A DNA stretch of 64,000 nucleotides from Lytechinus variegatus. Its lineage: Eukaryota. Shown piece after piece: positions 35,761 to 49,424 of this stretch. Within the stretch, counting starts at the first letter, position 1; each line of letters opens with the position of its first letter. Location: contig NC_054751.1 of assembly GCF_018143015.1 (NCBI RefSeq), forward strand, positions 28,385,438 to 28,449,437, in the 5' to 3' direction. The position numbers were made by a program, and so were the translations under genes. A model generated the notes under the pieces. The model did not search any database and had not been told where the DNA came from. It saw only the letters and a list, made by a program, of their open reading frames with translations.

Positions 35761-38700
35761 AATACTGATTTATAACCCATAAAAAAGAGATAATTTAAAA
35801 CCCATCTGCATTATTCTAGTAACTCATCTACTGTTACTATCTAATGAATAGTTTTATCCATCTGGAATTGGAATTTTGTAGCAGTATAACATATTAGTAT
35901 TATTCAGGGGCGGATCCAGCCTTCGCCAATAGGGGGAGGGGCGGAAATTTTTTCAGCCACATTTTCCCCGATCGGCCGCTCAAAGTTAATTTTTGTTTGT
36001 TTCTTTGAAGGGGTAGTCCTAATAGTTACTTCTAAGCTTTATATATATATATATATACATAGCACGGTGCGAGCAGATTTTTTCAAGAACTATGTTTAAT
36101 TTACCTTTTGATGTAATCAAAATAGAAAATCTGTTCATGGCTACTTGTCAGCCATAAGACGTTACATATTTTGACTATCAAAATAATGCAAGCGCTAAGC
36201 TCGAGCTGAAAATTTTGACATTTTACATGAAGAATGGAAATTCTAGCAGTTTGGTAATCGTGAAAAGGATACGTATATAAAAAACACTTTTTTAAAATCA
36301 ATTTGTAAATCAACCAAAATAAAGAAAGTTCAATTTCCGAGCTTAAATATGTTTTATTTACTTCAAAATTTGAAATTTAAGCTGCATATTGAGCAAGATA
36401 TGTAACCTAAAAGGCAATGCGTGCGCGAAGCGCGAGCAAAAATTTTATATCCCGACATGAAATTTTTTTGTTATTATTTTCCAAGTCTTCCCCTCATCTT
36501 ATTTTATTCACTCATCTTCCTCCTCTTAAGCTTCCCTTTTGATTTTTCTTCTCTCTTTCTTCCCCCCTTTTTTTGTTCCGCCAATAGGGGGAGGGGGGCC
36601 CCTCGGGCTCCCTTGATCCCCTATGTTATTGTTGTTGTTGTTTATTAAAATTGAGACAGAAACAGCTTGACCAAAAACACCCGCTTATCGGAAAATGAAG
36701 AGCGCCATCTTAAGTCCATACATAGAAATAATAATGTTAAAAAAAAAAAAACATTGACGACATCGATGAAAGAAAGGTGAGCATGATCTGCGGGTTCAAG
36801 CAAAATTTGGTAAAAGACGACAACGTTTCCTGTGTCAACGATGGAGATTTCTCGGAGAGAATCCTATAGGATCCTAGAAGTTTCTGAAGGTAAAATTATC
36901 ATCTTTACGCCACTTATTTTATTTTGTACGAGACTGAGTCTGAGATAAACATGTGTATTCGCATTGACAATTGTCCTTCGCACACAGTGCGGCGCGCCAT
37001 GCATGCCATGCACCGTGCAAACTGCAAGTCGCGTTTTGCAATTAGCTTTGCTTTGCAATCGCCTCCAGGCCCTTGCTCGGTTTATAATCAACTTCTATTA
37101 ATTAACTTGATTGTAACTTACGGCCGTGTTTACGTCACCATCTTGATTTCTTTGTCTTCTGGAGTTCCGCTAGGCGACAGCACGCTAATCGCGCGCTGTA
37201 AGCTCTTCCCATCTGATCCTTTCAAAACAAATTTCTTGTTTTTTTAATGAATTCTTTAAAAATGAAATCATATCGCAGAAGTGTTGGAAATATTAAGTTG
37301 ACCCCGTGTAGGCCTACGTGTTTTAGAGGGAAAGTAGAAATCTCGGGCCGGGGGCGAAAGTTTCAGGTTTTGTACCCGTACGTGGGTGAATATAGCTTGG
37401 GATCCCAGGCGTCAGTGGGGCCTGGGGAGTAACCTAGACAGCTGGCAGCCGTCTGTTTCGAGGAGTTTTTTAACATTTATTTTTTTATTTCTCCTCGTAC
37501 ACAGACGGCTCGCTATCGTGCAGCCACCATTATTTAGGGGACTTGCAATGCAAAATCCCCCCCGTCGGGGCTCTTCAATTTTTGTCTTTAATGATTAAAA
37601 ATTTTGAAAGTTAAAACAACCAAAATGCAAGTTAATATTCCCTCTTGGCATTAATTGCCAAAAATGGAGAAAAGTCAAGTTAAAAGGAACAAAAACAGTG
37701 ACTTACCTCAGCTGTCGCGCAAATTCACTTCCCCGTTTTATCCGATCTTAAGTACATAAACATATGGCCATCCCCTGTACAGATCGCGCTAGAACTTCGG
37801 TCTCTGTATTTGGTGAGTGAAGCCAACGGAGTTCAGCTGAACAACCAACAATTAACAGAGACCAAAGCTTTTGATCTAGGAGTAACCCTACGTAGATGAC
37901 TTTTACTCCCCAGACGCCTCCAGGCTGGTGGAAATGGCATTCACTTTCAATGATTCACTAAATAAAATTTCAATTCAAACAAAATTGTGACTTGTTTTTT
38001 GTAAGTTGAGATAAAATTGTGTGAGGCCTAACGTTACTAGATTGAGGTCTAAACAGTAAATGACAAAATCTGTTGGTCATATACATGTAAATCACCCATG
38101 CTTTTTTCGTGCAGGGTATTCTGCAGTTGTCATGGTTGTTCCAAATTTTTTATAAGCAGAACTTGGCGTTTACCAGTAAAATGCTGTCCTACCGAGTTCC
38201 TACGGGAGTTACCACAAACAGAAACAGAAACTAGTTTTGTAGTTTTGAGATAGGCCTAGAGACTTTAGAGTGACTGATTTTTATTTTTTTCACCTCCATG
38301 AGAGATGAGATTATGATAGGAATTAAGAAATGTGTACTTGGAGGAGTGGGCTCTAAATTAATAAGCTGGAAGTCTTATAAACCAGGGAAAATAAATTAGT
38401 TGCGTTGAAATAGATCTATAGTCTAATAAAAAATAGAATAAACTGAATCCCAACTTCTTATTTGCCATGACCCAAGGTTCCACAAAGGCACAATACCAAA
38501 TATACATGTCTGATGATGTTGTCCTAGACTGAGAACATCTGACAGCTACCACAGGAACCGTGCTTCTAAGCAAATCAAAATGAAGGAATTTATCAGATTT
38601 TGACCACCTGTCATGCAAGAAATGTTGATGAAACGTTCGTAGAAGTGTGCAAGTCGGCAGCTTTTGCACTCATTGACTTCTTAACAAACATGCAATGTGC

Positions 38701-38884
38701 AGTTGTCAAATGAAGAAAGGGGGATGGTGATTGAGAAACTTTGCATTATAATAGGTTTTATGGAATATTATTGAGATGCATATTTATATTGAAATTTAAC
38801 ATCGCATTTACAGAAAAAAGTGAGGTATACACTGAAGGAGATATTATTATTAACATACATGCACATGTATATTGCAGAAAAGCT

Positions 38885-39430
38885 TAAAGGTCAAGCCATC
38901 CCCAGAAAAATATTGATTTGAAATAAATCAAACTAGCATAATGCTGAAAATTTCATCGAAATTGGATATGAAATAGGAAAGTTGTGACATTAAAGTTTTG
39001 CTATTTTTATTTCACAAAACAGTTATATGCATAACTCACTAGCATGCAAATGAGACAGTCGATGATGTCCATCACTCAATTTTTCTTTTGTTTTCATTGT
39101 TTGAATTATACAATATTTCATTTTTCACAGATTTGACAATAAGGGCCAACTTGACAGAACCATATAGTATTGTTAAAGTAATGCTAATTTTACATGTTCA
39201 GGGAGGAATTAATCTTTAACTTGACAATGAGGAAAAAATTAGAATATTTCATACTTCATATATAATACCGACCAGGATGTGCATAAAACCTTTCCAACAA
39301 AACTTTAAAATGTCATAACTTTCATATTTTACATCCGATTCTGATGAAATTTTCAGTGAACTGGCTTGTTGGATTTTTCTCTTTTTATTCTTGAAGTAGA
39401 ACTTTTTGTTGGGGTGGACTTGTCCTTTAA
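38885..39430. mobile_element. Copy 4 of MITE family A (more diverged)
   Basis: ttaaaggtcaagccatcc ... ggggtggacttgtcctttaa, with the same internal landmarks (cagttatatgcata, catccgatt(c/t)tgatgaaattttcag). Confidence 0.75.
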
Positions 39431-40484
39431 CTAGTCAAATCTCAGAAATCAAATTATGATGTGGATAGTCTATCTAAAAATTTGTCCAAGATGATGGCTT
39501 TAATACTAAAATGGCTTTCCTTAACAAAAAATCAGAGTTGAAGTACATGTAGTTTGGCAAGAAGTGATAATTAAAATTAGATTGAAATTGTTTCTCACAA
39601 TGTCGCCTAGGCAAGGTGATGTGTGAATTTGCAATTTTGATAAACCAATTGAGGAATCTAATTGGTGATTGAAATAGGTGATTGTGTGTCCAAAAAAGAT
39701 GAGTGCTGGGGAAAAAGGCAAAGAGAAAGGGCATATAAATTATTGAATGTTAGCACAAAGTTTAAAAGACTGCGATATTTTGAGATTGTGAATCTGTACA
39801 GTACCCACCATTCAATTTGAAGAAAAAAATTGAAGGGGGGGGGGGTGCTGAATCACTTTAAAACTTCTTCCTTCAGCTAATTTATTCATCAGCAACTCAA
39901 AGAAATCGTGCTTTGATCAAAGATAGGTCCAAAGTCAGAGAAAAGGAAAAAAAGGCAGCAAAGAGTGACAAATAGAGGGAATTTTTTTCCCACCTGGAAA
40001 TTATTTTGTAGAGGGCCAAAGCCCTTCCAGTGCTAAAGATTATGTCAGTCCTAAAGACTTTGTTGACTATTGGCCCAAGTTATATTTACAGGTACGTTGC
40101 ATATGCATGGAATTTCACTCCTGTGCATGTTTAATTTTGCAATGTCATGGACTTGTGATGTCAGCAGTCGATATGTTTGCATGAGGAGGGCATGCACCAG
40201 CAATGGTCAAACTTATATTTATAGTTTTGTTTGGTAGATGTGAACCTTAAAAATTAGAGGCTACTAGTATTACATGCACATGTACTTATGCAGGTCTTTC
40301 TGTTTTTTTTTTTTTTTAACTATGGTTCTATTTCGGGGTTAGAAAAATATTTAGGAGGGTGATTCAGGCAATGTTATTCAATTTTTTTTTCAATAGTTGA
40401 ACTCAAGTGTCTACATGTAGATGACAGGCAGTTTATATTAAATAGTTACACTTGACCATGGAATTATCCACCAATCTATAGATA

Positions 40485-41060
40485 CGCTTTTTACACAGGA
40501 TTTTCTTAACCCCGGACTATCGCTAACCCCGTACTATCCTTAACCCCGTACTATTTTCCTTTTCACACATGCCAAATTGTTTTTGCTAACCCCGGATAAG
40601 GAATGCTTGCTTTTTACACACGAAACTCGCTAACCCCGGACTATTGGTAGCTCATGAATATTCACGAGCGCACTGAGGGGTCATTCGGGTCATATCCAAA
40701 ATCGCTGACTTCTGGCGCGCGCTTTTTTTTTCATCACCGTGATCGCTGTTCATGAATATTCATTATACTTACCTCTGATTGGACAACAGGGCCGGCTCTG
40801 TTGCGGGGCATGAATGGGAGCACTTAGCCCACTTTCGTTTTACACATGCGATCTTAACCCCGTTCTATTGCTCTTAGCACCGCAATTGGTGGGATAACCC
40901 TGCTTTTTTGCAGGGCCAAATAATCCCGTACTATAGGTGGGGTTAGCCCACTTTGCAAAAACGCTGTGTAAAACGAAAGTGGGCTAAGCTTAACCCCGTA
41001 CTATAGGTGGGGCTAAATTGCCATTTAGCCCCACCAATAGTACAGGGTTAAGGAAATTTT
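40485..41060 (+). mobile_element. Repeat family C, built from TTAACCCCGTACTAT / GCTAACCCCGGACTAT iterated motifs and GTGGGCTAAG inverted repeats
   Basis: It shares long blocks with 48290-48790 in reverse orientation (e.g. aacgaaagtgggctaagc..., ccccaccaatagtac...). Confidence 0.6.
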
Positions 41061-41397
41061 AGCCTGTCTAAAAAGGGTACTAGCCACAGATTCCATTATT
41101 TGGTGACAATAGAGTTTTAAAGGTTATTACCATTTGTTGTAAGGGATTACAGGTAAGATCTATTGTCTTGTGATTAGCAGTGGATTAGTGAGATTACATG
41201 TTGCTTGGTACATGATGTACCTGAGACCCCAATTGCAACACGCCTGAGCTAGTGCAGTGAGGGAACTTCAAAGTTTGTTCATTGATCAAGGAATGCATCA
41301 GTTGTTTGAGGTTGAATAGGGGTGTTGATTTTCCTCTTTCCAAGCTGCTAACTGATGCCCCTATTAGTGGAATTTTATGAAAATAAAATTGAATGTT

Positions 41398-41859
41398 AGG
41401 TGGTTTCAGACCGCCTCGAAATTCATCAGTTCCAGGTATTTTCTGATTGGGAAATTTACCCGATCAGAAATTACCAGGTAATATTGGCAATGTGAAAGCA
41501 AACGCATAATATCCCCGAAAGAAAATACCCACTAAAAAGTAGGTATTTGGCAAAACTACAAAACTTTCGCGGGGATTTTTCCAAGGTCGCAGGTATGTGA
41601 AAGCAATATACGGGAACTTCAAGCACAGTGTGTAGTTGGGCGCCGGCGCCGTGGGTGGCTGCTGAGCTAATGGTTTTGAATCTCGCGCCTTGCCTTTTCA
41701 TCAGACCTTATTGCGCATGCTCCTAACTTCAGGAATTTATTCCGAAGGGTATGTTTCGGGACGGTGTGAATGCAGGAATAATTAATAGGTATTTTTTAGC
41801 CTAAAAAAGATTTCGAAATTTAACAGGGATTCTTAAAATCGAGGCGGTTTGAAACCACC
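41398..41859. mobile_element. MITE with AGGTGGTTTCA(G/A)ACCGCCTCGA termini. A related internal fragment lies at 43590-43690
   Basis: taggtggtttcagaccgcctcgaaatt ... aatcgaggcggtttgaaaccacctatt. The internal cagaccttattgcgcatgctcctaacttcagg resembles cagaccatattgcgctgctttgcgcatgctcacaacttcaag at 43618. Confidence 0.7.
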
Positions 41860-43881
41860 TATTGTCATTTTATGTTAATTTTTTTATCCCTTTGTTACAG
41901 TATTTATCAATTGATATCTGAATGAACATCTCAGAAAATGAATGAATATCCACGTCTTGTAGGCCTACATGTACTATGCTTTTGGAAATATACTGTGTAG
42001 TCCGAATGTTCATAAATACATGTACATTTTATTAGGGACCTGTCTATTCTCATTTCTATGGTACCTGTTTCAAGAAATTAGAAGATTTTGATATACACTG
42101 TAGTTTCAACTTTCAAAATAATTGAAAGTCATTATTCATACAGTATGAACAGGGGGTATCTTTTCTGTGGATCTACATGTAGCTTCTCATCAGAATTTGA
42201 CACAACTTTCTTGTCTATTTTCCTACATAAATATAGATGAAAATGCTTTACAGGCCCAGGGGTGTAGAATTTCAGAGATATTTTGAATCAGACATGTACA
42301 TGGAGATTTTTTGGAGATTCTACATAAATAGATGTGGGTAGCTACATGTACATTATGCAACCATGTTTTCTATAAATTTACAGTTCGACTTCCAGTGTCA
42401 ATGATCTTTCATCATTCATTGCAATACATGTACACGTACGTTATGAGTAAAGTCTATTACATCATGGTTTTACATGTACATGGCATGTATTGTAAATATT
42501 TTACATTTACTTGTAGTTGTACTTGTTTATTTGAATGAATATGTTGATTTGATATTGCCACTTAACTTTTGGAGTACAAAGTACAATTATCAGGATCTTA
42601 GATACACTGTATATCCTGATCTTGACCTTTAGGATAATAATATTTGTTGTTGTGTGAAAACACTTGTGACTTGGCAAAGTTAATGAACAAGTCAAAGTTA
42701 TGAACAAATTACATGATGTAGGAGTAATCAAAATCCAATTTTTTGTCTAGAAAACATCCAAGCACTGGCTGTGTTCATTAAGGAGAGAGAGAAAAAAAAG
42801 CACCCTTATTAATTGCATATATTGCTAAATTTGATTGGAATAATCAACATGTTCTTTTAAAATGTTGACCTGTGCCATACAATACAAGTCAGTGAAACAT
42901 TATAATTAATAATAATGATTCTTACATTATATTTACCCAGGGTAGCCACTTCCCACTTCAGCTCTTATAAACTGTTCTCCAAATGCTAATTACCTTTCTC
43001 CATTCTAAAACATTGAGTACCTGACAAGAAGGCAGACCGCAGAAGGTCCAATTTTTTAAAAGTCTTTGGTATGACTCGACCAAGATCGAACCAGTGACCT
43101 CCCATTCAAAAGGGGGCACTCTACCACTGACCCAATATCTGTACAGTAAAACTTTTCATGAAAGTGAACATTCAGCTTGTGATATTAAGGAATTATCGGT
43201 GCTGTTTCAATAGAAAAAATAAATAAAAGGAGAATGAACATGCTGGTAAATGAACTTATACCCATGGCTTGACATTAGCGATCCAGGGCCAGCAAAAACA
43301 AACCTGGAGCCTCCAGTTTTGAGATGTGCCCAATTTGGTTTATAAATACGAGCGACCAAAAAATCTTAGGGTGCCGTTTGTTTTCCTGTTTCATTAATCA
43401 AGAAATAAATAAAAGAGTCTACATGTATGTCCAGTGGTGATGATTGCTTGCATTTTACTGCCTTTCCATGACTCGAATTGCAGGTCAGTTTGTTTGTGCC
43501 TTTTCCTTTTCTACAAGAATTTCCCATTGGTGCATTGGTGGCTTGGTGCTGAGGGCTCTTGGGACTTGTGCTTGCTGAGCTACATGTAGCAATCCTGGAT
43601 TGTGCGCATTGTCTGCTACTCAGACCATATTGCGCTGCTTTGCGCATGCTCACAACTTCAAGATCATACCCCAAAAGGGTCTGATTCGGGTGGGTCTATG
43701 TATGCATACATGTACATGTATTATAACTACATGTAATGTACAATAATGGAGGCATGACCAACAACCTGTAAATTTTCAAGTATTTTGGAGATTAAGTTGG
43801 TCTTGGTCTGAAAGCACACCTATTTAATGCCATCAGTTCTCTAGTTTGTCACAGACTAATAATTTTTTCTTTTGATTTTAG

Positions 43882-43973
43882 GATCCAGTAAAGATGAAAT
43901 CCGCTCAGCGTACAAACGGCAGGCCCTCAAATGGCACCCCGACAAGCACCAGAATTCTCCAGAGGCCACAAAG
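43882..43973 (+). CDS. J-domain exon (helix II plus the HPD loop) of a DnaJ/Hsp40 subfamily-C-like co-chaperone
   Basis: In-frame translation is (x)SSKDEIRSAYKRQALKWHPDKHQNSPEATK, with the hallmark HPD tripeptide. The acceptor is ttttgattttag|GATCC and the donor is AAG|gtgggt. The supplied ORF 43894.. sits in a different frame across this exon. Confidence 0.8.
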
Positions 43974-44682
43974 GTGGGTTACAAGTACATCTTCAATAAA
44001 ACATTTCCTTCTTAAGGACTGTCTAGAGACAAACTGCATCTGTTTCAAACGGAGCTACAAATGTAAACTATCATTGTTGAAAGTTATTACCAAATCTCGC
44101 TGTCAGGCACAATTACATGAAATAGTACCTCACATACATATCTGAACAAAAACATTGTATAATGCTTGTTTAGTTTGGAATCATGTATTGGCATTTGTGT
44201 CGCATACTTTGCGACATAAGCAACCAAGAGAGATTATTATTTGTTTAGTAGGGAAAGTTTGTGTAATTGTATTTTAATATACACTATTTTTTTTCATTCT
44301 ACTTGATATGTTGTCGTCAATTGAGACAGAATATTTTGGCTACTTAAATAGCACACAGGTCCACCTGTAGGTGCTCATGGCGCTTCAAGAAAATAAACAT
44401 GCACAAAAACAATAATAGAAACGAACAAAAGAATAGTATTTTGAATTCTCCTAAATGAAACATACTAAACTGTTTAATGGGATAGGAATTGTCTCGTGTT
44501 GTCTGATGGTATTGGATTTAACCCCTCACAAACTTATATGAAGTTCACATACTTCAAATCATATACAAATAGAATTTTTTTTGGGGGGGGGATAATTTAT
44601 GAGATGAAATATTATTATAAGCATTCCGTACATGTAATTTCTATATTCACCATGTTCTTCTCATGTTTTCTTTTTTAAACAG

Positions 44683-44754
44683 AAATTTCAACAGATAAGC
44701 TCGGCTTATGAGAGGCTGATGAAGCCTGAGGCGATTGAAGTTAGTCTTACCATG
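44683..44754 (+). CDS. Second J-domain exon (helix III). An alternative donor after 44739 is possible
   Basis: The acceptor is ttttttaaacag|AAATTT. Translation is KFQQISSAYERLMKPEAIE(VSLTM), which continues the J domain in phase 0. Candidate donors are CATG|gtatgt (very strong) and GAA|gttagt. Confidence 0.7.
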
Positions 44755-45409
44755 GTATGTTGTCGATTTCATGCTTTTCCTTTTCTTCTCGCATCTCCCA
44801 GTTCCACTTTGTTTTCTTCAGCCCTGTAGGCCTGTAAGATGAATATTTGCGATAGATGCATAAATAATTAATTTCAACTTATTGTGCACAGGATTACTGG
44901 CCAGTATTTTGAATTCGGGTTTAATTTAGACCATTGTTTATAGTGCTTGGATTATGAGAAGCCAAACATGTTTAAGAGTTTGTTTGAATTACATCCTCTT
45001 CATGCTTATTGTATTCATTCTCCATGCCTTTATGGTAAAGACAACGATGCTAGTTATTGTTTTCACCCAGTTGTGAAATGACTGGAGTGAAGAATAATTT
45101 GAATGATAAATTATCTATAAATATATATGTATATGCTATTAATATACAAATATGTACTACTGTTAGGGACTTGACGTTTGGCTATCCATAGTTAACCACA
45201 ACTTTAGACCAGTGTCCCGTAACACAAAGGTTAGCAATTAATCATAAGATTGATTGTACATTGTAGTCAATGGAATCAATCGTAGAAAACTGTTTTATGA
45301 TCATTGCAGGGCCATAATGCTTCATTATTAAATTGTAAATTGTATGATTTTGATATGGTAGTGTGCTATGTATAGGTCTTTGTTGTCACTTTTGTTGAGC
45401 CGCTGGCTC

Positions 45410-45718
45410 GTATTCTGAAGTCGGGTTTAACTTAAACTCCAGTTGAAAGTTGTGGTTTAAGCATGGATAGCCAATTGTTACATAAATCACTAACAGTAGA
45501 GATTTCATGATTACAGCTCATTTGACTCTCAAATCATTCATAATTGTCTAGGTAGTATATAGATGGTTGTCTTCACCTTTGATAATCGGGAAAGAGCACA
45601 ATAAACATAAGAAACGTACAACTTGATAAAAGAATTGACACTTTTGGCTTCCCATAATTTTAGCACAGAGTTACATGTAGACCATGGTCTGTTGAGTTCT
45701 GACTTCAGAATACGGGCC
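45410..45718. mobile_element. MITE family B (~330 bp), GGC(C/T)CGTATTCTGAAGTC ... GACTTCAGAATACGGGCC
   Basis: Terminal inverted repeats are present. A second copy lies at 56052-56381 with about 85% identity. Confidence 0.75.
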
Positions 45719-46479
45719 TATACGTATATCTTGAATTTTAGGTTTCATTTCCTCGATATGGACAATTTCTTTTTCTTTTTTATGGGCTGACAACACAGGT
45801 GTCATGTTAATAGTCATCTCAAACAATAGTTGTACAGTGATGACACAATTGCCTACAGCAGGGCTCGACACTAGCGGTGGTCCGACGGTCCCAGACCGGT
45901 AAAAATCACTGTCGGGCCGGAAGATATCAGAAATAGGAAGATTTACTGGTCCGACATGACCAGTGAAAAATATTATTGGCGGGCCAGTAATTTTTTCCAA
46001 AAATAGCAAGATTTTAAGGGTCCGACATGACCAGTAATTAAAACCATTGTTGGGCTAATAACTTTTCAAGAAATGATCAAATTCACTGCGAACCATTCCC
46101 CCCCAATAAATTCTGTCATTCACACACAGAATGAATCGCACGTAATTGCTACTAGAGCAGATACAGTGTACACATGTAGCTAGCCAGCCACACAACTCAC
46201 GTGGTAAATTCTCTACTAGCTGCGCGAACGAAGCTTGGCTATAAAACTCTGGCAGAAATCTCTCACAGAACTGTCAAAATTCGCGGTTCATACTCATGAA
46301 AGGCTCTTATAATGTCCATATTTCCTAAAAATTGGAGTAACCTGTCATTTGTAAGCAGTAAAAGGATAAATTTTCACTTCTGTTTGGTTCAAACAGATCG
46401 GGTTTCGGGTGATATCGTCTGAATACAAGTCAGCCCCACATATGCATTTATGTGTGTGTTGATACACTTGGTTTCTGAC

Positions 46480-47193
46480 TTCCTTTCGTATTATTTATGA
46501 TGATAGTTTTAGCTTTCTTCCTCTTTTTTCTTCCTATCTTTCTTTCCTTCTTTCATTTCAATCTTTCTTTGTTTCTTCCCTAATTTTTTTTGTTACTATC
46601 TTTTTTATTTTCCTTTTTTTCTTTAATTCGTTCTCTCTATCTTAAAAATATTTTTCTCCATTTTTTTCTCTTTCTTTCTTTTTTTCTTTCTTTTTTTCTT
46701 TCTTTCTTTCCTTCTTTCTTTCCTTCTTTCCTTCCTTCCTTCCTTCTTTTTTGATATTTTTCTTTCTTTAATTCTTGAGTCCATCCATCCTATATTCATC
46801 TCTTCCTTTCTTTCCTTCCTTTTACCCTTTTCTTTCTCATTCTTTGTTACTTTCTTTGTTTCTTTCTTCCACCCATCATTTATTACCTTTTTATTTCTTC
46901 TTTTCTTTGTCTCTCAGTCTTTCTTTTTTTCTTCCTTTCATCTTCTCTTTTACCTTTTCTTTTTTATATTGCGTATTTCCTTCCTTTATTTATTTATTTC
47001 CTTCTATCTATCATTTTACCTTTCTTCCTTCTTTCAATCCTTCCTCTCTTTCTTTCTTTTGTCCTTCTTTCCATCTCTCCTTTAACCCTTTCTTTTTTAT
47101 TGCTTCTTCTTTCTTTCCTTATACTACTTTCTGGATTTGTTCTTTCTTTCTGTATTGCTTGCTTCATTTCTTTCCTTCATTTCTTTTTTCTTT

Positions 47194-47225
<32 letters not shown>

Positions 47226-47468
47226 ATTTTTGTTCCTTTTTTATTCCTTCCTTCCTTTCCTTCTTTAGTTCTTTCTTTTTCATTCCTTCACATCTATCCT
47301 TTCTTTACTTTATCTTTTTTACTTCCTTCCTTTTTTATTCTTTCTTTCTTTTCCTCCCTTTCCTTCCTTCCTTTCTTCCTTCCTTCCTTTCTCTTATTTT
47401 TTCCTTTTCCTTCCTTCCTTCCTTTCTTTCCTTCTTCGTTTCTGTCTTGCTTTCTTTTTGTCCTTCAT
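46480..47468. repeat. ~1-kb polypyrimidine (TTTC/TTCC/CTTT)n tract on the plus strand
   Basis: Almost no purines over ~1 kb. It produces the artefact ORFs 46775..47485 and 47100..47504. Confidence 0.9.
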
Positions 47469-48289
47469 TTCATTGGGGGGGATAACGAAAGGCTAGACAA
47501 ATAAACTTGCGCCTTTTTTAATGTTGTCTTTATTTTTTGGGACCAGTAGATTTTAGGTTCGGACCAGTAGAAATTTGAAAAACTGGGTATCTACTGGTCC
47601 GACATGAAAATGGGTTAGTGTGGAGCCCTGCCTACAGGCTTGGACTTTGAGCCTGTGAATTTCCCCTCTGTGCATGTATACAAAAGAGTTGCTTGACACT
47701 TGTCTCTAACCCCAAACATTTCATCTTCATAAAACACTCTTTTGTGTAAACATTTCATAGCTATACAAATAATACAATAGAAAATATGTGCATTATCCTA
47801 GTATTGCCATGTGCATCATAAAGCAGGTCCTGGGATCCATAACACAAAGCATTGCTATGGATTGCAAATTATGAAAGAACATTCCTGATTGGTTCCCGAT
47901 CAGTAGTTGAACAAAATGCGCATGCCACAATAATTGTGATTGGTTGCCATTGAGTCCTGTTGAACTGATTTTGTTGCCAACAGTCTTGTAATGCATGCAC
48001 CAAACTGACATTCACGGGGAAGAATTCTGAAAAATGCAAACCTTAGTCCCAAAATCAAGCTTAGTGGGATGTGCCCAAGAAAATGGAGTTACAATTGAAA
48101 GCAAATCAAATTAAAGTTTGATTTTGATCAAAGAACTTGTGCTTGATTTTTGGACATACCCTATACCTGATTGCACTTGAGATTCCTATTATTTTTTTTA
48201 AATGTGATGTCTTTGTAGGTGACAAATAGCAAGAGTTTTTTTTTTTTTCCTTCTAAGTGTATTGTTTAGATACCCTTATATGCTTTTCA

Positions 48290-48790
48290 CACAGCACTTT
48301 TTTCCGTAACCCTGGGAAGTTGGTGGGGCTAAGGGGGAAGGGGGGGGGGTCTTAGCCTCATCAATATCCCCGGGTTAAGCCTAGCCCACTTCGTTTTCAC
48401 TCTACGTTTAAGCAAAGTGGGCTAGCACAGTTAATAGTAAGGTACTATCTGGCCCTGCAAAAGAGCAGGGTTAACTGGCTTATTGCTAGTACCATAATCG
48501 GTGCTAAGAGATGCGGTATGTGAAATGAAACCGGGCTATTAAAGGTAAAAGTGGATCTAAGCATTAGCCTATCACATAGTGTAAAGTTGAAATTGCATGC
48601 TAATCACGTGCTGTGTGGCAAAATTGTCAATACTCATGAACTATGCGATGCATGTAGTCTGGGGCCCGGGGTTAAGAAAATAGTACGGGGTTAAGAAAGA
48701 TGGTGTGAAAGCAAAAAACCAAAAAAAAGATTGAATGGATAGTAAGGGGTTAAGGTAATACAGTGTGAAAAGCGTATTATGTCCTGTTAC
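48290..48790 (-). mobile_element. Repeat family C, inverted copy
   Basis: Reverse-complement matches to 40485-41060 (gcttagcccactttgc..., ttaaccccgtactatt...). Confidence 0.6.
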
Positions 48791-49424
48791 ATGTCGCTGT
48801 AGCAGTTTCAGGTTGGTACACAGGCACCTGCTCAGTTTTATGTGGGAAATCCCAGTCGGTATTGTGCAATAAGCGTGTCCTGAAGACAATACATGTACTA
48901 CTGATTTCCACCCCACCGGAATTGAATTATAAATAGATTGATCGTTCAAGGAAAAATATACCAGGTTTTCTATAAACCAATGTGAAAGCAAAATACTTGT
49001 AGATTATTCCCAAAAGAAAAGAACTACATCCTGAAAAGAATACTATTGAATTGCACGTCCACCAGAATTACAGATTGATCTTTCAATCAATGGAATAGAC
49101 TTAAATTAAAGTAATGAATGAGATCAAGAAGAACATATACATTTTCATTTTCAGTTTGTCGCCATATTTCATACATTTTACATTTAGATAGACATATAAA
49201 GTTAAAGATGATATGAGATCATGAAATGAAATTGTTCTATTGTATGGTTTTAAAATACTATTTCAACAATATACTGTACTTGGTGAGTAAAAAAACTTGA
49301 CATCTCACAAATCCCCAATTTAAGGAAAGAATATGTCATGAATGCATAATCATTATAATGTATATGAATGGAAATAGGATGTTCTCCCAAATAATTTGAT
49401 ACCATATTCATGTGGTACAGTCCG

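Noticed and set aside
46775-47504. 236-aa and 134-aa Ser/Phe/Leu-rich ORFs
   Set aside because: They translate a ~1-kb polypyrimidine (TTTC/TTCC)n tract. The open frames arise only because the tract lacks purines
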